Shown piece by piece: positions 40,225-49,386 of a stretch of DNA of 64,000 nt. The stretch comes from an uncultured Gemmatimonadaceae bacterium (GTDB lineage Bacteria > Gemmatimonadota > Gemmatimonadetes > Gemmatimonadales > Gemmatimonadaceae). A model generated the notes under the pieces. That model saw only the letters and a program-made list of their open reading frames with translations. It made no database searches and was not told the origin of the DNA. Position 1 is the stretch's first letter. Every line of letters starts with the position of its first letter. The stretch is taken from contig CAWFQK010000004.1 in NCBI GenBank assembly GCA_963817955.1, positions 1,568,001 through 1,632,000 on the forward strand, given 5' to 3'. Both the position numbers and the translations under genes were made by a program.

Positions 40225-40692
40225 ATGAATACGACACCCACCACCGTCCTCGGACATGGCGTGAGGCTCGCGTGTGCCGTGCTGCTCGTTGTCGGCACAC
40301 TGGACGCCTGCGCCACCGCATTTCAGCGGGACCGCCCGATCTGGGCCGGGACGTTCGAGGACGCTCCAGCGTCGGGCGTAGCCGAATTGTATATCGGCGA
40401 CACGCGATACGAGACCAAAGTCCGACTGGACCTGCACGCCGCCGCCGGAACCGCCGTCCGTTGGCGTCTTGTTCAGGGAAGTTGTAAGCTGCCCGGCGGC
40501 GTTGCCGGGCCGGTCCAGCAGATGACGGATCTGGTGGCCGACCGCAGCGGCAATGCCATGCTGACGCGCGTGCTCACCATGCGTTCTCCCGTCGCGGGAA
40601 AGTACGCGCTGGTGCTCACGCTCGTCGCGGACGGCAAGTCACTCGGCTGCTCCGACCTGAAGGTGAAGCAACACCTGAGGGAAGTAGTCTAG
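40225..40692 (+). CDS. Hypothetical lipoprotein
   Basis: LDAC lipobox; W.LVQGSC...GCSDL Cys pair; alternative GTG start at 40192. Confidence 0.65.
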   Translation: MNTTPTTVLGHGVRLACAVLLVVGTLDACATAFQRDRPIWAGTFEDAPASGVAELYIGDTRYETKVRLDLHAAAGTAVRWRLVQGSCKLPGGVAGPVQQMTDLVADRSGNAMLTRVLTMRSPVAGKYALVLTLVADGKSLGCSDLKVKQHLREVV

Positions 40693-40698
40693 CGGGAC

Positions 40699-42795
40699 CT
40701 ACCGTGGTACTACCGGCAGCACCACGTGTGACGGGTGCGCGGTGTCGTGCACGAGTCGCTGGTGCGCAACAACGAACGTGGAGTCGCGTTCGTTGTTGCC
40801 ACCGGTATTCAGGTTGCGATCGTACTTCGGGAACAACGCCGACGACACGCTCACTCTGAGACGATGGCCCGGCGCGAACACGCGGGATGTGAACCACAAG
40901 TCCATGTCATAGCGCTCGACGCTTCCGGGAGTCAGCATCACTTCCTTGTCGAACCCTTGGCGAAAGCGTGCCCGCGCCACGCCGTCCTGTACGCGCTCGG
41001 CGTGTCCGTCGGGAAACACGTCGAGCAGCATGACATTCCAGTCCGTGTCCTTGGCGTCGCTCGCCGCCCAGAGCGTGGCGGACATCTGCCCTGTCACCTC
41101 GATGGGCTTGGTCAATGGTTTCGACGTGAACACCAGCGCATCGTGTCGCGATGCATTGAGCGCCGTGAAGTCCTCGTTGAGCGACGTCTCGAGCTCCCGT
41201 GAATCGATGAGGAACGGCGTCGGATTCGCCGGATCGTAGGTGAACGTGTCGGCCACCGCTCCGGTAGGCGGAATGGTATCGAGCACGCCGTCGCCTGTAC
41301 TCGTCCTGGCGTTGCCGCCGGATGTCACGTACCAGTTGGTAGGAACGGCACGCGCCAGCGGCCACGCCGCTTCCTTCCGCCACGTGTTGTCGCCAAACAC
41401 GAACACGTCCACCGGTGGCTCCCGATCGACACCGTTATCCTTGCCCAGCAGATAGTGATCGAACCAGCGGAGCTGAAGGCGCCGCGTCTCCACGCGTGAC
41501 TGCGGCCCGAAGTCGCCGGCCACGTAGTCGACGCCCTTGTGCGCCCCCGGCCCCATCACGAGCCGAATGAACGGATGCCCCGGCACCTTGTTCAGCGCAT
41601 TGGTGTAGTCGATCGGCCCGCGGGAATCATCGTACCACCCGGAGATCTGGAGCACGGGCGCCCGCACTCTCGCAATGTTGGTGGTCACGGCGTGATCGCG
41701 CCAATACGCGTCGAGCGTTGGGTGCGCAATCCATCGATCCCAGAGCGGCACGTCACCGCAGCCGAGCCGCTGTGGCAGGTCGCTGAGCGGCAGGCGCGTG
41801 AGCGCCGCCCCGATGTCGAGATCGCTGGTGTTCTGCAGCGTGCGCGCACGCATGAGACACGCCCAGGCGACGTTGATCGGCGAGAATACCATGTCTTCAT
41901 ACGGAACAATGCGCCACGGGTCGCTGGTCGCGGCCGAGGGCGCGATGGCCGCGAGATGCGGCGGCGCACTGACTGCGGCATACCATGCGAGCCGGCCCTC
42001 GTCGGAGTGCCCGATCAATCCCACGTGGCCGTTGGCACCAGGCAACCTGGCCGCCCACTCGACGGCGTCATATCCGTCACGTACGTCGGTGTCGTAGTCG
42101 CCAAAATCCTTGCCATCCGAGACGTCCCGGCCGCGCACGTGTTGCGCGACGAAGATGTATCCGCGCGACGCCCAATACCGGCCGGCAGGATGGAGAATAC
42201 GGGTGTAAGGCGTTCGCTGCAGGACCACGCCAAATGGTCCGTTGCCCACTGGACGCGCAATGTAGCTGACCAACCGCGCGCCGTCCCGCGTCTTCATGAA
42301 CACGGCGGTGTCTTCGGTCACGGCATATTGCGAATCCGACACGGCCCCCGGCCAGAGTGCGTACTGCTGCTCGACCACGAACGGCGTCGTGCGGCGGACG
42401 AGACGCATACGCCGTCCCGCCGGCTTGCCCGCAGTGAGCAGCTCGCCAGTGAGCGTGTCGCCGTGCCAGACGGCGCTGAGCGATTGATCGCCGCCGCCGC
42501 TGAGCACCACGGTATCCAAGTGCACCGCGAAATGGGTGACGTCGACCATGGGCTCGCCGGTGCGCCGGCGGATCGATCCAGCAATGCTCGTGTCGCGCCC
42601 GGTGAAGTGCGCGAATCCCATTCGCCGCCAGCCCTCGAATCCGGCGCGCTGGGCGGAGCCGAGCGCGACGTAGGCGTCCCAGTCGCCCGCGAGGCTTGGC
42701 GACGCCTCATGTGGTGCGCAGGCTGCGGCGCCCATGAGGAGGAAGACTGCGCACGCGGGTGCGCGGCGGGACAGCACGGAGCCATGACAGCGCAT
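40699..42795 (-). CDS. CocE/NonD family hydrolase (lipoprotein)
   Basis: TRDGARL, RTPY, VRGR..SDG, GHSDEG elbow, GWYDD, PepX_C-like tail PGHRLRVSVSS..FPKYDRNLNTG. Confidence 0.9.
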   Translation of the reverse strand: MRCHGSVLSRRAPACAVFLLMGAAACAPHEASPSLAGDWDAYVALGSAQRAGFEGWRRMGFAHFTGRDTSIAGSIRRRTGEPMVDVTHFAVHLDTVVLSGGGDQSLSAVWHGDTLTGELLTAGKPAGRRMRLVRRTTPFVVEQQYALWPGAVSDSQYAVTEDTAVFMKTRDGARLVSYIARPVGNGPFGVVLQRTPYTRILHPAGRYWASRGYIFVAQHVRGRDVSDGKDFGDYDTDVRDGYDAVEWAARLPGANGHVGLIGHSDEGRLAWYAAVSAPPHLAAIAPSAATSDPWRIVPYEDMVFSPINVAWACLMRARTLQNTSDLDIGAALTRLPLSDLPQRLGCGDVPLWDRWIAHPTLDAYWRDHAVTTNIARVRAPVLQISGWYDDSRGPIDYTNALNKVPGHPFIRLVMGPGAHKGVDYVAGDFGPQSRVETRRLQLRWFDHYLLGKDNGVDREPPVDVFVFGDNTWRKEAAWPLARAVPTNWYVTSGGNARTSTGDGVLDTIPPTGAVADTFTYDPANPTPFLIDSRELETSLNEDFTALNASRHDALVFTSKPLTKPIEVTGQMSATLWAASDAKDTDWNVMLLDVFPDGHAERVQDGVARARFRQGFDKEVMLTPGSVERYDMDLWFTSRVFAPGHRLRVSVSSALFPKYDRNLNTGGNNERDSTFVVAHQRLVHDTAHPSHVVLPVVPR

Positions 42796-42874
42796 ATGCA
42801 GGATGCGTCGAAGCGGGAGCAGGGAGTTCCAGACTGAATCCGTACATCAACGTACGAGTTCGGATCAGGGGGCG

Positions 42875-44452
42875 CTATGTGTCTCGTGTCTCGTGTCTCG
42901 TGTCTCGTGTCTCGTGTCCCGAGTCTGGTGTCCCGAGTCTCGTTGCTGCACCGATCGCAAGCACGGCGCTGACGACGGCGCCCGCGAGCGCTGCAGCACG
43001 GAGCCCGCCCGTAAACGCGCCCTGGGCCTGCAGCAGCAACTCTGTTCCTTGCGCGCTGGGTAGATGGCGCGCCGCCTCGCGAGCGCCGCCAATGCTCTCT
43101 CTCGCCAGTCGGGCAATGTCCCCCGGCAGCCCCGACGGAAGCACGGCGAGACGGTGATTGTAAATCGCCGTGCTGATGCTTCCAAACACGGCAACACCCA
43201 ACGCAATACCAAAGTCTCCGCTCGCCTCGGACAGCGCGGCCGCCGATCCGGCCTTCTCGGGCGGCGCGGATCCGACGACGAGATCCTGACTGAACACCAC
43301 CATTGGACCAATGCCAAAAAAAACGAGGATGGCGGCAGCCACGAGCAGCCTCACCGCTCCAGTGCCGGTCACCTGGGCAAGGAGCAGGTAGCCGGCAGCC
43401 GAGATCCAGAGGCCAACGCTCACGATCCACCGCGGATGCAGCACGCGCGTGACGAATGGTGCGATGATGCAGCCCACCACCATCGCGATCGGCGCCGGCA
43501 GCATCGCCCAGCCAGCCTTCAGGGGCGACAGCCCCTCGACGATCTGGAGGTGCTCGCTCAACAGCAACAGGATACCACTCTGCGCCGCCAAGCCGAACAT
43601 CAGAATGAGCAGCGCGGCACTGAACGCCGGAACGCGAAAGAGCCGCAGGTCGATCAGAGGACTGGCAAGTACTCGTTGCCGTTTCACGAACACCACGCCG
43701 CATGCGGCGGCGAAGACGACGGCGGGAAAGGTCACGACCGTCACGCCGTCTCTCGCGAGTGACTTCACCGCGTAGACGAACGGCAGGATGGCGGCCAGTG
43801 ACAGGGCCACGCTCGCCGCGTCGAGCGGTGCGGTGGTTGCATCGCGAAACTCGGGGAGGAAGAACGGTCCGGTGGCAAGCAGCAACAGCATGACCGGCAC
43901 GCCCATCAGAAAGAGTGCGCCCCACCGGAAATGTTCGAGGAGCACCCCGCCGACGATCGGGCCGATGGTGGCTCCAACCATGAAACAGGCCGTCCACAGC
44001 GCGATGGCCGCCGCTCGTTCGCCGGCATCGCGGAACATGTTGCTGATCAGTGCGAGTGTGGACGGCATCAACGTCGCGCCGGCCAGACCCATGAGGGCAC
44101 GTGCGGCCACCAGCATCGCGACGCTCGTCGAGTATGCTGCGCAGATCGACGCGAGGCCGAATGCCGCCGCGCCAAGGAGCAGCAGCTTCCGCCGCCCAAT
44201 GCGATCGCCGAGCGTGCCCATCGTCACGAGGAACCCGGCAGTGACGAATCCGTATATGTCGGTGATCCACAGTTGCTCGGTGCTCGTGGCGCCCAGATCG
44301 GCGCTCAGACGCGGCAGCGCCAGATAGAGAACGCTCAGGTCGAGGGCAAGCAGGATGGTCGGCAGGCTCAAGACCGCCAAGCCGATCCAGGCTCGCTTGC
44401 CGGCCCTCTCGGGCACTGCCGAGCCTATCGCGTCATTTGCTGGATGATGCAA
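42875..44452 (-). CDS. MFS drug:H+ antiporter (DHA2, 14-TMS)
   Basis: LDLSVL..ALP, WITDIY, GDRIGRRKLL, GPIVGG..W; C-terminus encoded by heptamer repeat. Confidence 0.9.
   Translation of the reverse strand: MHHPANDAIGSAVPERAGKRAWIGLAVLSLPTILLALDLSVLYLALPRLSADLGATSTEQLWITDIYGFVTAGFLVTMGTLGDRIGRRKLLLLGAAAFGLASICAAYSTSVAMLVAARALMGLAGATLMPSTLALISNMFRDAGERAAAIALWTACFMVGATIGPIVGGVLLEHFRWGALFLMGVPVMLLLLATGPFFLPEFRDATTAPLDAASVALSLAAILPFVYAVKSLARDGVTVVTFPAVVFAAACGVVFVKRQRVLASPLIDLRLFRVPAFSAALLILMFGLAAQSGILLLLSEHLQIVEGLSPLKAGWAMLPAPIAMVVGCIIAPFVTRVLHPRWIVSVGLWISAAGYLLLAQVTGTGAVRLLVAAAILVFFGIGPMVVFSQDLVVGSAPPEKAGSAAALSEASGDFGIALGVAVFGSISTAIYNHRLAVLPSGLPGDIARLARESIGGAREAARHLPSAQGTELLLQAQGAFTGGLRAAALAGAVVSAVLAIGAATRLGTPDSGHETRDTRHETRDT
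42878..42942 (-). repeat. GAGACAC heptamer array inside the MFS 3' end
   Basis: (GTGTCTC)n on the + strand, translated GHETRDTRHETRDT. Confidence 0.85.
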
Positions 44453-44453
44453 A

Positions 44454-45659
44454 TCAGGTATGGTGATTGGACGCGTGGGGTCTGGCGCGAGCCAGCCACG
44501 CCAGAAAGATGAGTCCAGACGCGCCGTTCGACACGGCGTCGATCGCGAGCATGCCGTGCACGCCGAAATAGGTGTGTCCGATCCCCTCCAGCCACATCAT
44601 GTACACCAGAGGGATGTTCGTCGACGCAATGAACAACGTGAACCGCGTGCCGCTCGCCGCGGTACCGGAGGCGAGCAGCTCGAGCGCGAGTGCCATGAAC
44701 GCCGCGTAGGCAAGGCCGCCGGCGAACGAGTAGGTCGCGACGCCCACGGCGTACGTCGCCGGCGTGAGCGGCCCCAGGATCATCGCACCGCCACTCACCG
44801 CGAGGAGCAGGCCCGTGATCGGATACATGCGCCAGCGATCGAACCGGTCACAGATGAAGCCTCCAATGAGCGCGCCAACGGCCGTGATCAGACCGCCACC
44901 GAGGCCGACGGCTATGACGACGTCGCCGGACGCGTGGTAGTCCACCGCCATTGCTGAAAAAAGGCCCATAAGCGCACCCGCGCCGACGGGACTCACGAAG
45001 AAGGCGAACGCTAGCCAGACGTCGCGCCGCTCGAGGGTTCCCCGTATCTCGCGCAGCATACCCGAGATTCGTTCGCGAGCGCCCAGGGCCGGCCGTGCGG
45101 GCTCGCCGATTACCAGTACCACCCCGGATGGCAACGCAATGGACAGACCGACGACGAGTGCCGTGGCCATGGCCGGCATGTGCGCTGCCGTCCAGAGGAC
45201 GAGTGCAGCAACGACGACTCCGCCGCCGAGCATTCCTGCTTCACCCCACCCCGCGGCGCGGCCGCGAAATTCATTCGGCATGACCGCGGCCGCGAGGCCG
45301 CCCAACGCGCTCGAGATGGGCTGATTGATCACCGAGCCGACGACGAGGAGTGCTGTCACTGTGCCCAGTGCCGTCGTCATGTCGGCGCCGAGCGCAATGG
45401 CGGCGCATGCGCCGCTCGCCACGGAGAGCACGATGACCCATGTGCGGCGACGCAGTCCCACGTCCACGATTGGGGCCCAGAGGAAATACCAGATCGCTGG
45501 GGCCTGCACGAGCGCGCCAATCGACGCGATGCGCTGCACCGATATACCCTGCCTGCGCAGGAGATACGGAAGCGCCAACACGACGATGCCGTTGAAGATC
45601 CCATACGGAAGCGCCGCCAGCCCGAAGAGCCATGGGCGCGGTGGCGGCCTCTCACTCAC
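44454..45659 (-). CDS. MFS transporter (AmpG-like)
   Basis: ALPYG...WYFLWAPIVD...RRRTW, RGRAAGW, GTRFTLF.A.TN. Confidence 0.8.
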   Translation of the reverse strand: MSERPPPRPWLFGLAALPYGIFNGIVVLALPYLLRRQGISVQRIASIGALVQAPAIWYFLWAPIVDVGLRRRTWVIVLSVASGACAAIALGADMTTALGTVTALLVVGSVINQPISSALGGLAAAVMPNEFRGRAAGWGEAGMLGGGVVVAALVLWTAAHMPAMATALVVGLSIALPSGVVLVIGEPARPALGARERISGMLREIRGTLERRDVWLAFAFFVSPVGAGALMGLFSAMAVDYHASGDVVIAVGLGGGLITAVGALIGGFICDRFDRWRMYPITGLLLAVSGGAMILGPLTPATYAVGVATYSFAGGLAYAAFMALALELLASGTAASGTRFTLFIASTNIPLVYMMWLEGIGHTYFGVHGMLAIDAVSNGASGLIFLAWLARARPHASNHHT

Positions 45660-46630
45660 GAGGGAAGCAATCCCGTCTCGCTCAGCCAGGCGAGCGTAGA
45701 CTGAATGGTGTCGCGCGCGCGCCTGAAGGTCACACCGAGCTCACGCTCGGCTTTGGTGCTGTCGACGAACCAGTAGCGCGTCGCGTACGGGACGACGTAT
45801 GGATTGTACGGCAGCGGAAGGCGCAGCCGCATTCCGACGTGTGACACCGCACGGACCAGCCCATTGGGAATGGTCACGATCTTGGCGCGCCGCCCGAGCA
45901 GTTCGACGCAGAGCTCGGCGAGTTGCCGAATAGTGACGTTCTCGCCACCGAGGATGTACCGCTCGCCAGGTCGTCCCCGTTCGAGCGCGGCGACGATGCC
46001 GGCGGCGACGTCCTCGACGTGCACTATCCCCGTACCGCCGCGGCAGACGAGCACTGGATTCGACTTGGCGAAGTCGATGAGGTTCCCTGCGGTCACGAGC
46101 GATGTGTCGCCCGGGCCATACACCTCGGCCGGGTTGACGACGATCACTGGAACCCCACACGAAAAGGCGTCGCCCGCCGCGAGCTCCGCGCGATGCTTAG
46201 CGTGCGCGTAGTACAGCGACCCGTCCGTGATGGCAAAGTCGGTGCGCTCGTCGAATATCTGGGGTGTATCCGAGGCGTTGATTGCCGCCGTGCTCGAGAC
46301 GAACACCACCCGATGATCAGGCAACGCACTCGCTGCGTCGAGCACGTTGCGTGTGCCGCCTTCTATGATGTGCCCGACCGACGGTGACGCGTCGTCTTCC
46401 CATGACGACGGCGCAGCGAGATGGACGGTGCAGTCGCAGCCTGCCATCGCCACGCGAACCGACTCGGCATCGCGTACGTCGCCCAGAGCGCGGTCAAACG
46501 GCAATCGATCGATGCGGTCGGTGCGGCTGTTGGAGCGGAGCAGACAGACGACGTGATGGTCCAGGGCGACCAGTTTCTTCACGACCTGACTGCCGATGAA
46601 TCCGTTCCCGCCGGTGATGAAGACCTTCAT
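45656..46630 (-). CDS. NAD-dependent epimerase/dehydratase (extended SDR)
   Basis: ITGGNGFIG, HLAA, YAHAK (YxxxK), VYGPGD. Confidence 0.9.
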   Translation of the reverse strand: MKVFITGGNGFIGSQVVKKLVALDHHVVCLLRSNSRTDRIDRLPFDRALGDVRDAESVRVAMAGCDCTVHLAAPSSWEDDASPSVGHIIEGGTRNVLDAASALPDHRVVFVSSTAAINASDTPQIFDERTDFAITDGSLYYAHAKHRAELAAGDAFSCGVPVIVVNPAEVYGPGDTSLVTAGNLIDFAKSNPVLVCRGGTGIVHVEDVAAGIVAALERGRPGERYILGGENVTIRQLAELCVELLGRRAKIVTIPNGLVRAVSHVGMRLRLPLPYNPYVVPYATRYWFVDSTKAERELGVTFRRARDTIQSTLAWLSETGLLPS

Positions 46631-46839
46631 TCGTCGCGGTTGGAGGTCATCAAAGGCGTGGCCGGCTCGACTGTTTCGACTCCGTACCGAATGAACGCAA
46701 CGGATCAGGATACAAGGGAAGTACGCACGCCGGGTGGGGTCAAGGTCCAATGATTTGCGCCGCCGCTGGCGGACAAGTCCGCGATTTGCTCACCAAGGAG
46801 GAGGTCGCCTGAATTCCCAGACGGCATGTCTTCACCGGG

Positions 46840-48567
46840 ATGAACGCCAGTTCTCTTCGCCATCTCACGCTGTACGTCACAGTATCGCTCGCCGGCGCGA
46901 CCGTCTCGCCCGACGCGCGGGCGCAATCCGTTCCGGCACTGGCGTCGTGCAACGGGCGCACCATCGATTCGCTCATCATCGACCCAGGTCGGCCACCGTT
47001 CGCCGGCAGCGCCCGCAAATGGCAAACGATTGCGCGGGCGTTTGGCTTGCACCACGCGACCACTCGGGCCGATGTCATTCGAACGTATCTGCTGTTCAGC
47101 CAGGGCGATGTCTGCTCTGCCGCTCGCGTTGCCGAGTCGGTCCGCGTCCTCCGCAGCCTGCCATTTCTGGCCTGGGCCACCGCCGCGACTCGATCGGATG
47201 CAGCCGGTGGCGTCGTCATCGACATCCATACCACGGACGAAATTCCCGTGCTCGTCTCGGGTCGCCTCCAGCACGGTGTTCCTTCCGCGCTCTCGCTCGG
47301 AAATGAAAACGTCGGCGGCCGCGGGCTCCGTCTCATCGCCGGTGGCGAACGCGGCCGCAGCCGTGCCTACCGCGGCAGCGTCAGAGTCGAAGTCGCGGAA
47401 TCCGCTCCGTTCGACCAACCGATCCTGACGCGTTTTCAAGCCGAGCGTGATCCGCTCGGGAGTCACGCCGAGATCGAACTGTCGCGCCTCTTTCTATCAG
47501 ACTTTCAGCGTGGTGCCTGGCACGCGAGCTTTCGGAACGGCGACGACTTCCCGATCATCCTCCGTCCCGTTGGCGACGACGAGGCCATCGAGGTACATGA
47601 GCGGCAATGGTCGGTCGGCGGCGTCTTTCGGTCGAGGCTCGGTCCGACCCTGGCACTCTGGGGCCCGGTGGCACTCGGCTCGACGCTCAGGCCCGCATCG
47701 CGCGTCCTCATCGTGTCGGACTCCGGCGCCGTCTCCTTCAACGATTCGTCGCTCGTCGGCCGCCTCGAGGCCGCTCACGCCGTTCGTCTCGGCGGAATGG
47801 TTGGATTACGCCGCGTTCGCTACATCACGCGTACCGGACTCGACGCATTGTTCGCACCCCAGGACATAATGATCGGCTGGCAGGTCGGCGGCGTGGCAGC
47901 GCCGGGAGCCGGCACGAGGCGCGATCTGCTGCTCGCCAACAGCATCTATCTGGGCGCCGCTTCGGCCAAGGCAGTGATCGTCGGGGATCTCGAAGCAGAG
48001 GCGAGCCGCGACTTCGCGGCGGGATCGCATCAATCAACCATCGCCAACGCACTGGTCGTCGCCCATTTCACGCCGACGCCGCGCCTCACGATCGGAGTCC
48101 AGGACAATTTTTCGAGCCTCGAACACGCCCAATTGCCGACGCAGCTTTCACTCTCCGATCCCGACGGCGGCGCACGCGGATATCTCGGATCGTCCATTGC
48201 CGGTGGCCGGCGGAACGTGGTGCGAACCGAAATCAGATGGGCTCACCCTCGCGCGCTCCGTCAAACCGATCTCGGATTCGCCCTGTTCGCCGATGCAGCA
48301 AGAATATGGGCCGGCGACGTGCCATATGGCGTCGACGCGGCTCGTCAGAGTATTGGAATCAGCCTGCTCGGGGCGTACCCAACGCAATCGAAACGATTGT
48401 ACCGGCTCGATTTCGCCATGCCGATTCAACGTGACCAGGGAAGAGGACTCGAGATTCGGTTCACGAGCGGGGATCCGACGATCGGGATCGCGAGGGAGCC
48501 AGGGGATGTTGCGCAAGGGAGGAGGGCGCCGGTAGCGGGGGGGTTGTTTGCTTGGCCTGGAAGATGA
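46840..48567 (+). CDS. Outer-membrane protein, BamA/TamA-like (POTRA-like region plus beta-barrel)
   Basis: Signal peptide; TRADVIR..LLF..GD...ESVRVLR.L.F; ENVGGRG; RGY loop; FADAARIW; YRLDFAMP. Confidence 0.7.
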   Translation: MNASSLRHLTLYVTVSLAGATVSPDARAQSVPALASCNGRTIDSLIIDPGRPPFAGSARKWQTIARAFGLHHATTRADVIRTYLLFSQGDVCSAARVAESVRVLRSLPFLAWATAATRSDAAGGVVIDIHTTDEIPVLVSGRLQHGVPSALSLGNENVGGRGLRLIAGGERGRSRAYRGSVRVEVAESAPFDQPILTRFQAERDPLGSHAEIELSRLFLSDFQRGAWHASFRNGDDFPIILRPVGDDEAIEVHERQWSVGGVFRSRLGPTLALWGPVALGSTLRPASRVLIVSDSGAVSFNDSSLVGRLEAAHAVRLGGMVGLRRVRYITRTGLDALFAPQDIMIGWQVGGVAAPGAGTRRDLLLANSIYLGAASAKAVIVGDLEAEASRDFAAGSHQSTIANALVVAHFTPTPRLTIGVQDNFSSLEHAQLPTQLSLSDPDGGARGYLGSSIAGGRRNVVRTEIRWAHPRALRQTDLGFALFADAARIWAGDVPYGVDAARQSIGISLLGAYPTQSKRLYRLDFAMPIQRDQGRGLEIRFTSGDPTIGIAREPGDVAQGRRAPVAGGLFAWPGR

Positions 48568-48770
48568 ACGGCGCGAACGGCTGACGGCGCTGACTCCCTG
48601 ACGGCGCTGACTCCCTAACTGCGCTGACTCCCTAACTGCGCTGACTCCCTAACTGCGCTGACTCCCTAACGGCGGCTTAGCACAAGGCGGACTTACGGCG
48701 GACTTACGACGGACTTACGGCGGACTTACGGCGGACTTACGGCGGACTTACGGCGGACTTACGGCGGCGG
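48568..48770 (+). repeat. Left arm of cassette: 13-bp terminal IR, 5x17-mer, 7x11-mer
   Basis: ACGGCGCGAACGG; (CT[GA]AC[GT]GCGCTGACTCC)x5 at 48581-48665; (GGCGGACTTAC)x7 at 48686-48762. Confidence 0.95.
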
Positions 48771-48834
48771 GCGATTGGGAGGGATTGAAGGGTTATGATT
48801 GCGCGTTCTCGTCCGAAATGCTCCAGCGTTGCGC

Positions 48835-49200
48835 ATGACGCTACACCGCAACCTCGCCGTCCTCGATGCAGCGGATCTCGTAGCTGGTGAGATCATGCAG
48901 CTGATCGCGTCCACTCCCCGGCTGCTGCACGTCGAGCAGCTCCGAGATTCCGCGCAATCCATCGGGGCGAATATCTCGGAAGGTTTCGGTCGCGGGCCCG
49001 GCGCAGACCGGGCGCGGTTCCTCCGAACCTCGCGTGCATCCGCTGAAGAGACCATCCGACACCTCCGCGGGAACCTCAACGCCAGCAGGATCCCGGAGAC
49101 AACGTACTGGCGAATGCACCATCGATTGGTAACGATCTCACGAATGCTCGACTCGCTGCTCCGCCACCCCGAATCCAAGGCTCGCAGCGATCGCTTCTAG
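48835..49200 (+). CDS. Four-helix-bundle protein (23S rRNA intervening-sequence protein / Avd-like family)
   Basis: HRNLAV...EQLRDSAQSIGANISEGFGR...RARFLRTSRASAEET...ISRMLDSL matches family motif QLRRAA.SI..NIAEG..R...FL.IARGS..E. Confidence 0.88.
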   Translation: MTLHRNLAVLDAADLVAGEIMQLIASTPRLLHVEQLRDSAQSIGANISEGFGRGPGADRARFLRTSRASAEETIRHLRGNLNASRIPETTYWRMHHRLVTISRMLDSLLRHPESKARSDRF

Positions 49201-49203
49201 AGA

Positions 49204-49386
49204 GTCAGCCGCCGATCGCCGCCTCCAGCCGCCGTCAGCCGCCGTCAGCCGCCGTCAGCCGCCGTCAGCCGCCGTCAGCCGCCGTCAGGGAGTCAGCGTA
49301 GTCAGGGAGTCAGCGTAGTCAGGGAGTTGGCGCAGTTAGGGAGTCAGCGCCGTCAGGGAGTCAGCGCAGTTAGCCGTTCGCGCCGT
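49204..49386 (-). repeat. Right arm of cassette: 10-mer array, 5x inverted 17-mer, 13-bp terminal IR
   Basis: (GCCGTCAGCC)x5+ at 49231-49288; GGAGTCAGCG..GT[CT]AG x5 at 49289-49373; CCGTTCGCGCCGT at 49374-49386. Confidence 0.95.

Noticed and set aside
42318..44270. 650-aa - strand ORF
   Set aside because: Alternative frame over the MFS and CocE genes; Arg-rich, no recognisable domain
48581..48762. CRISPR array
   Set aside because: Units are contiguous tandem 17- and 11-mers with no unique spacers; no cas genes
48835..49200. Diversity-generating retroelement or rRNA intervening sequence
   Set aside because: No reverse transcriptase, TR/VR pair or 23S rRNA sequence seen in the window
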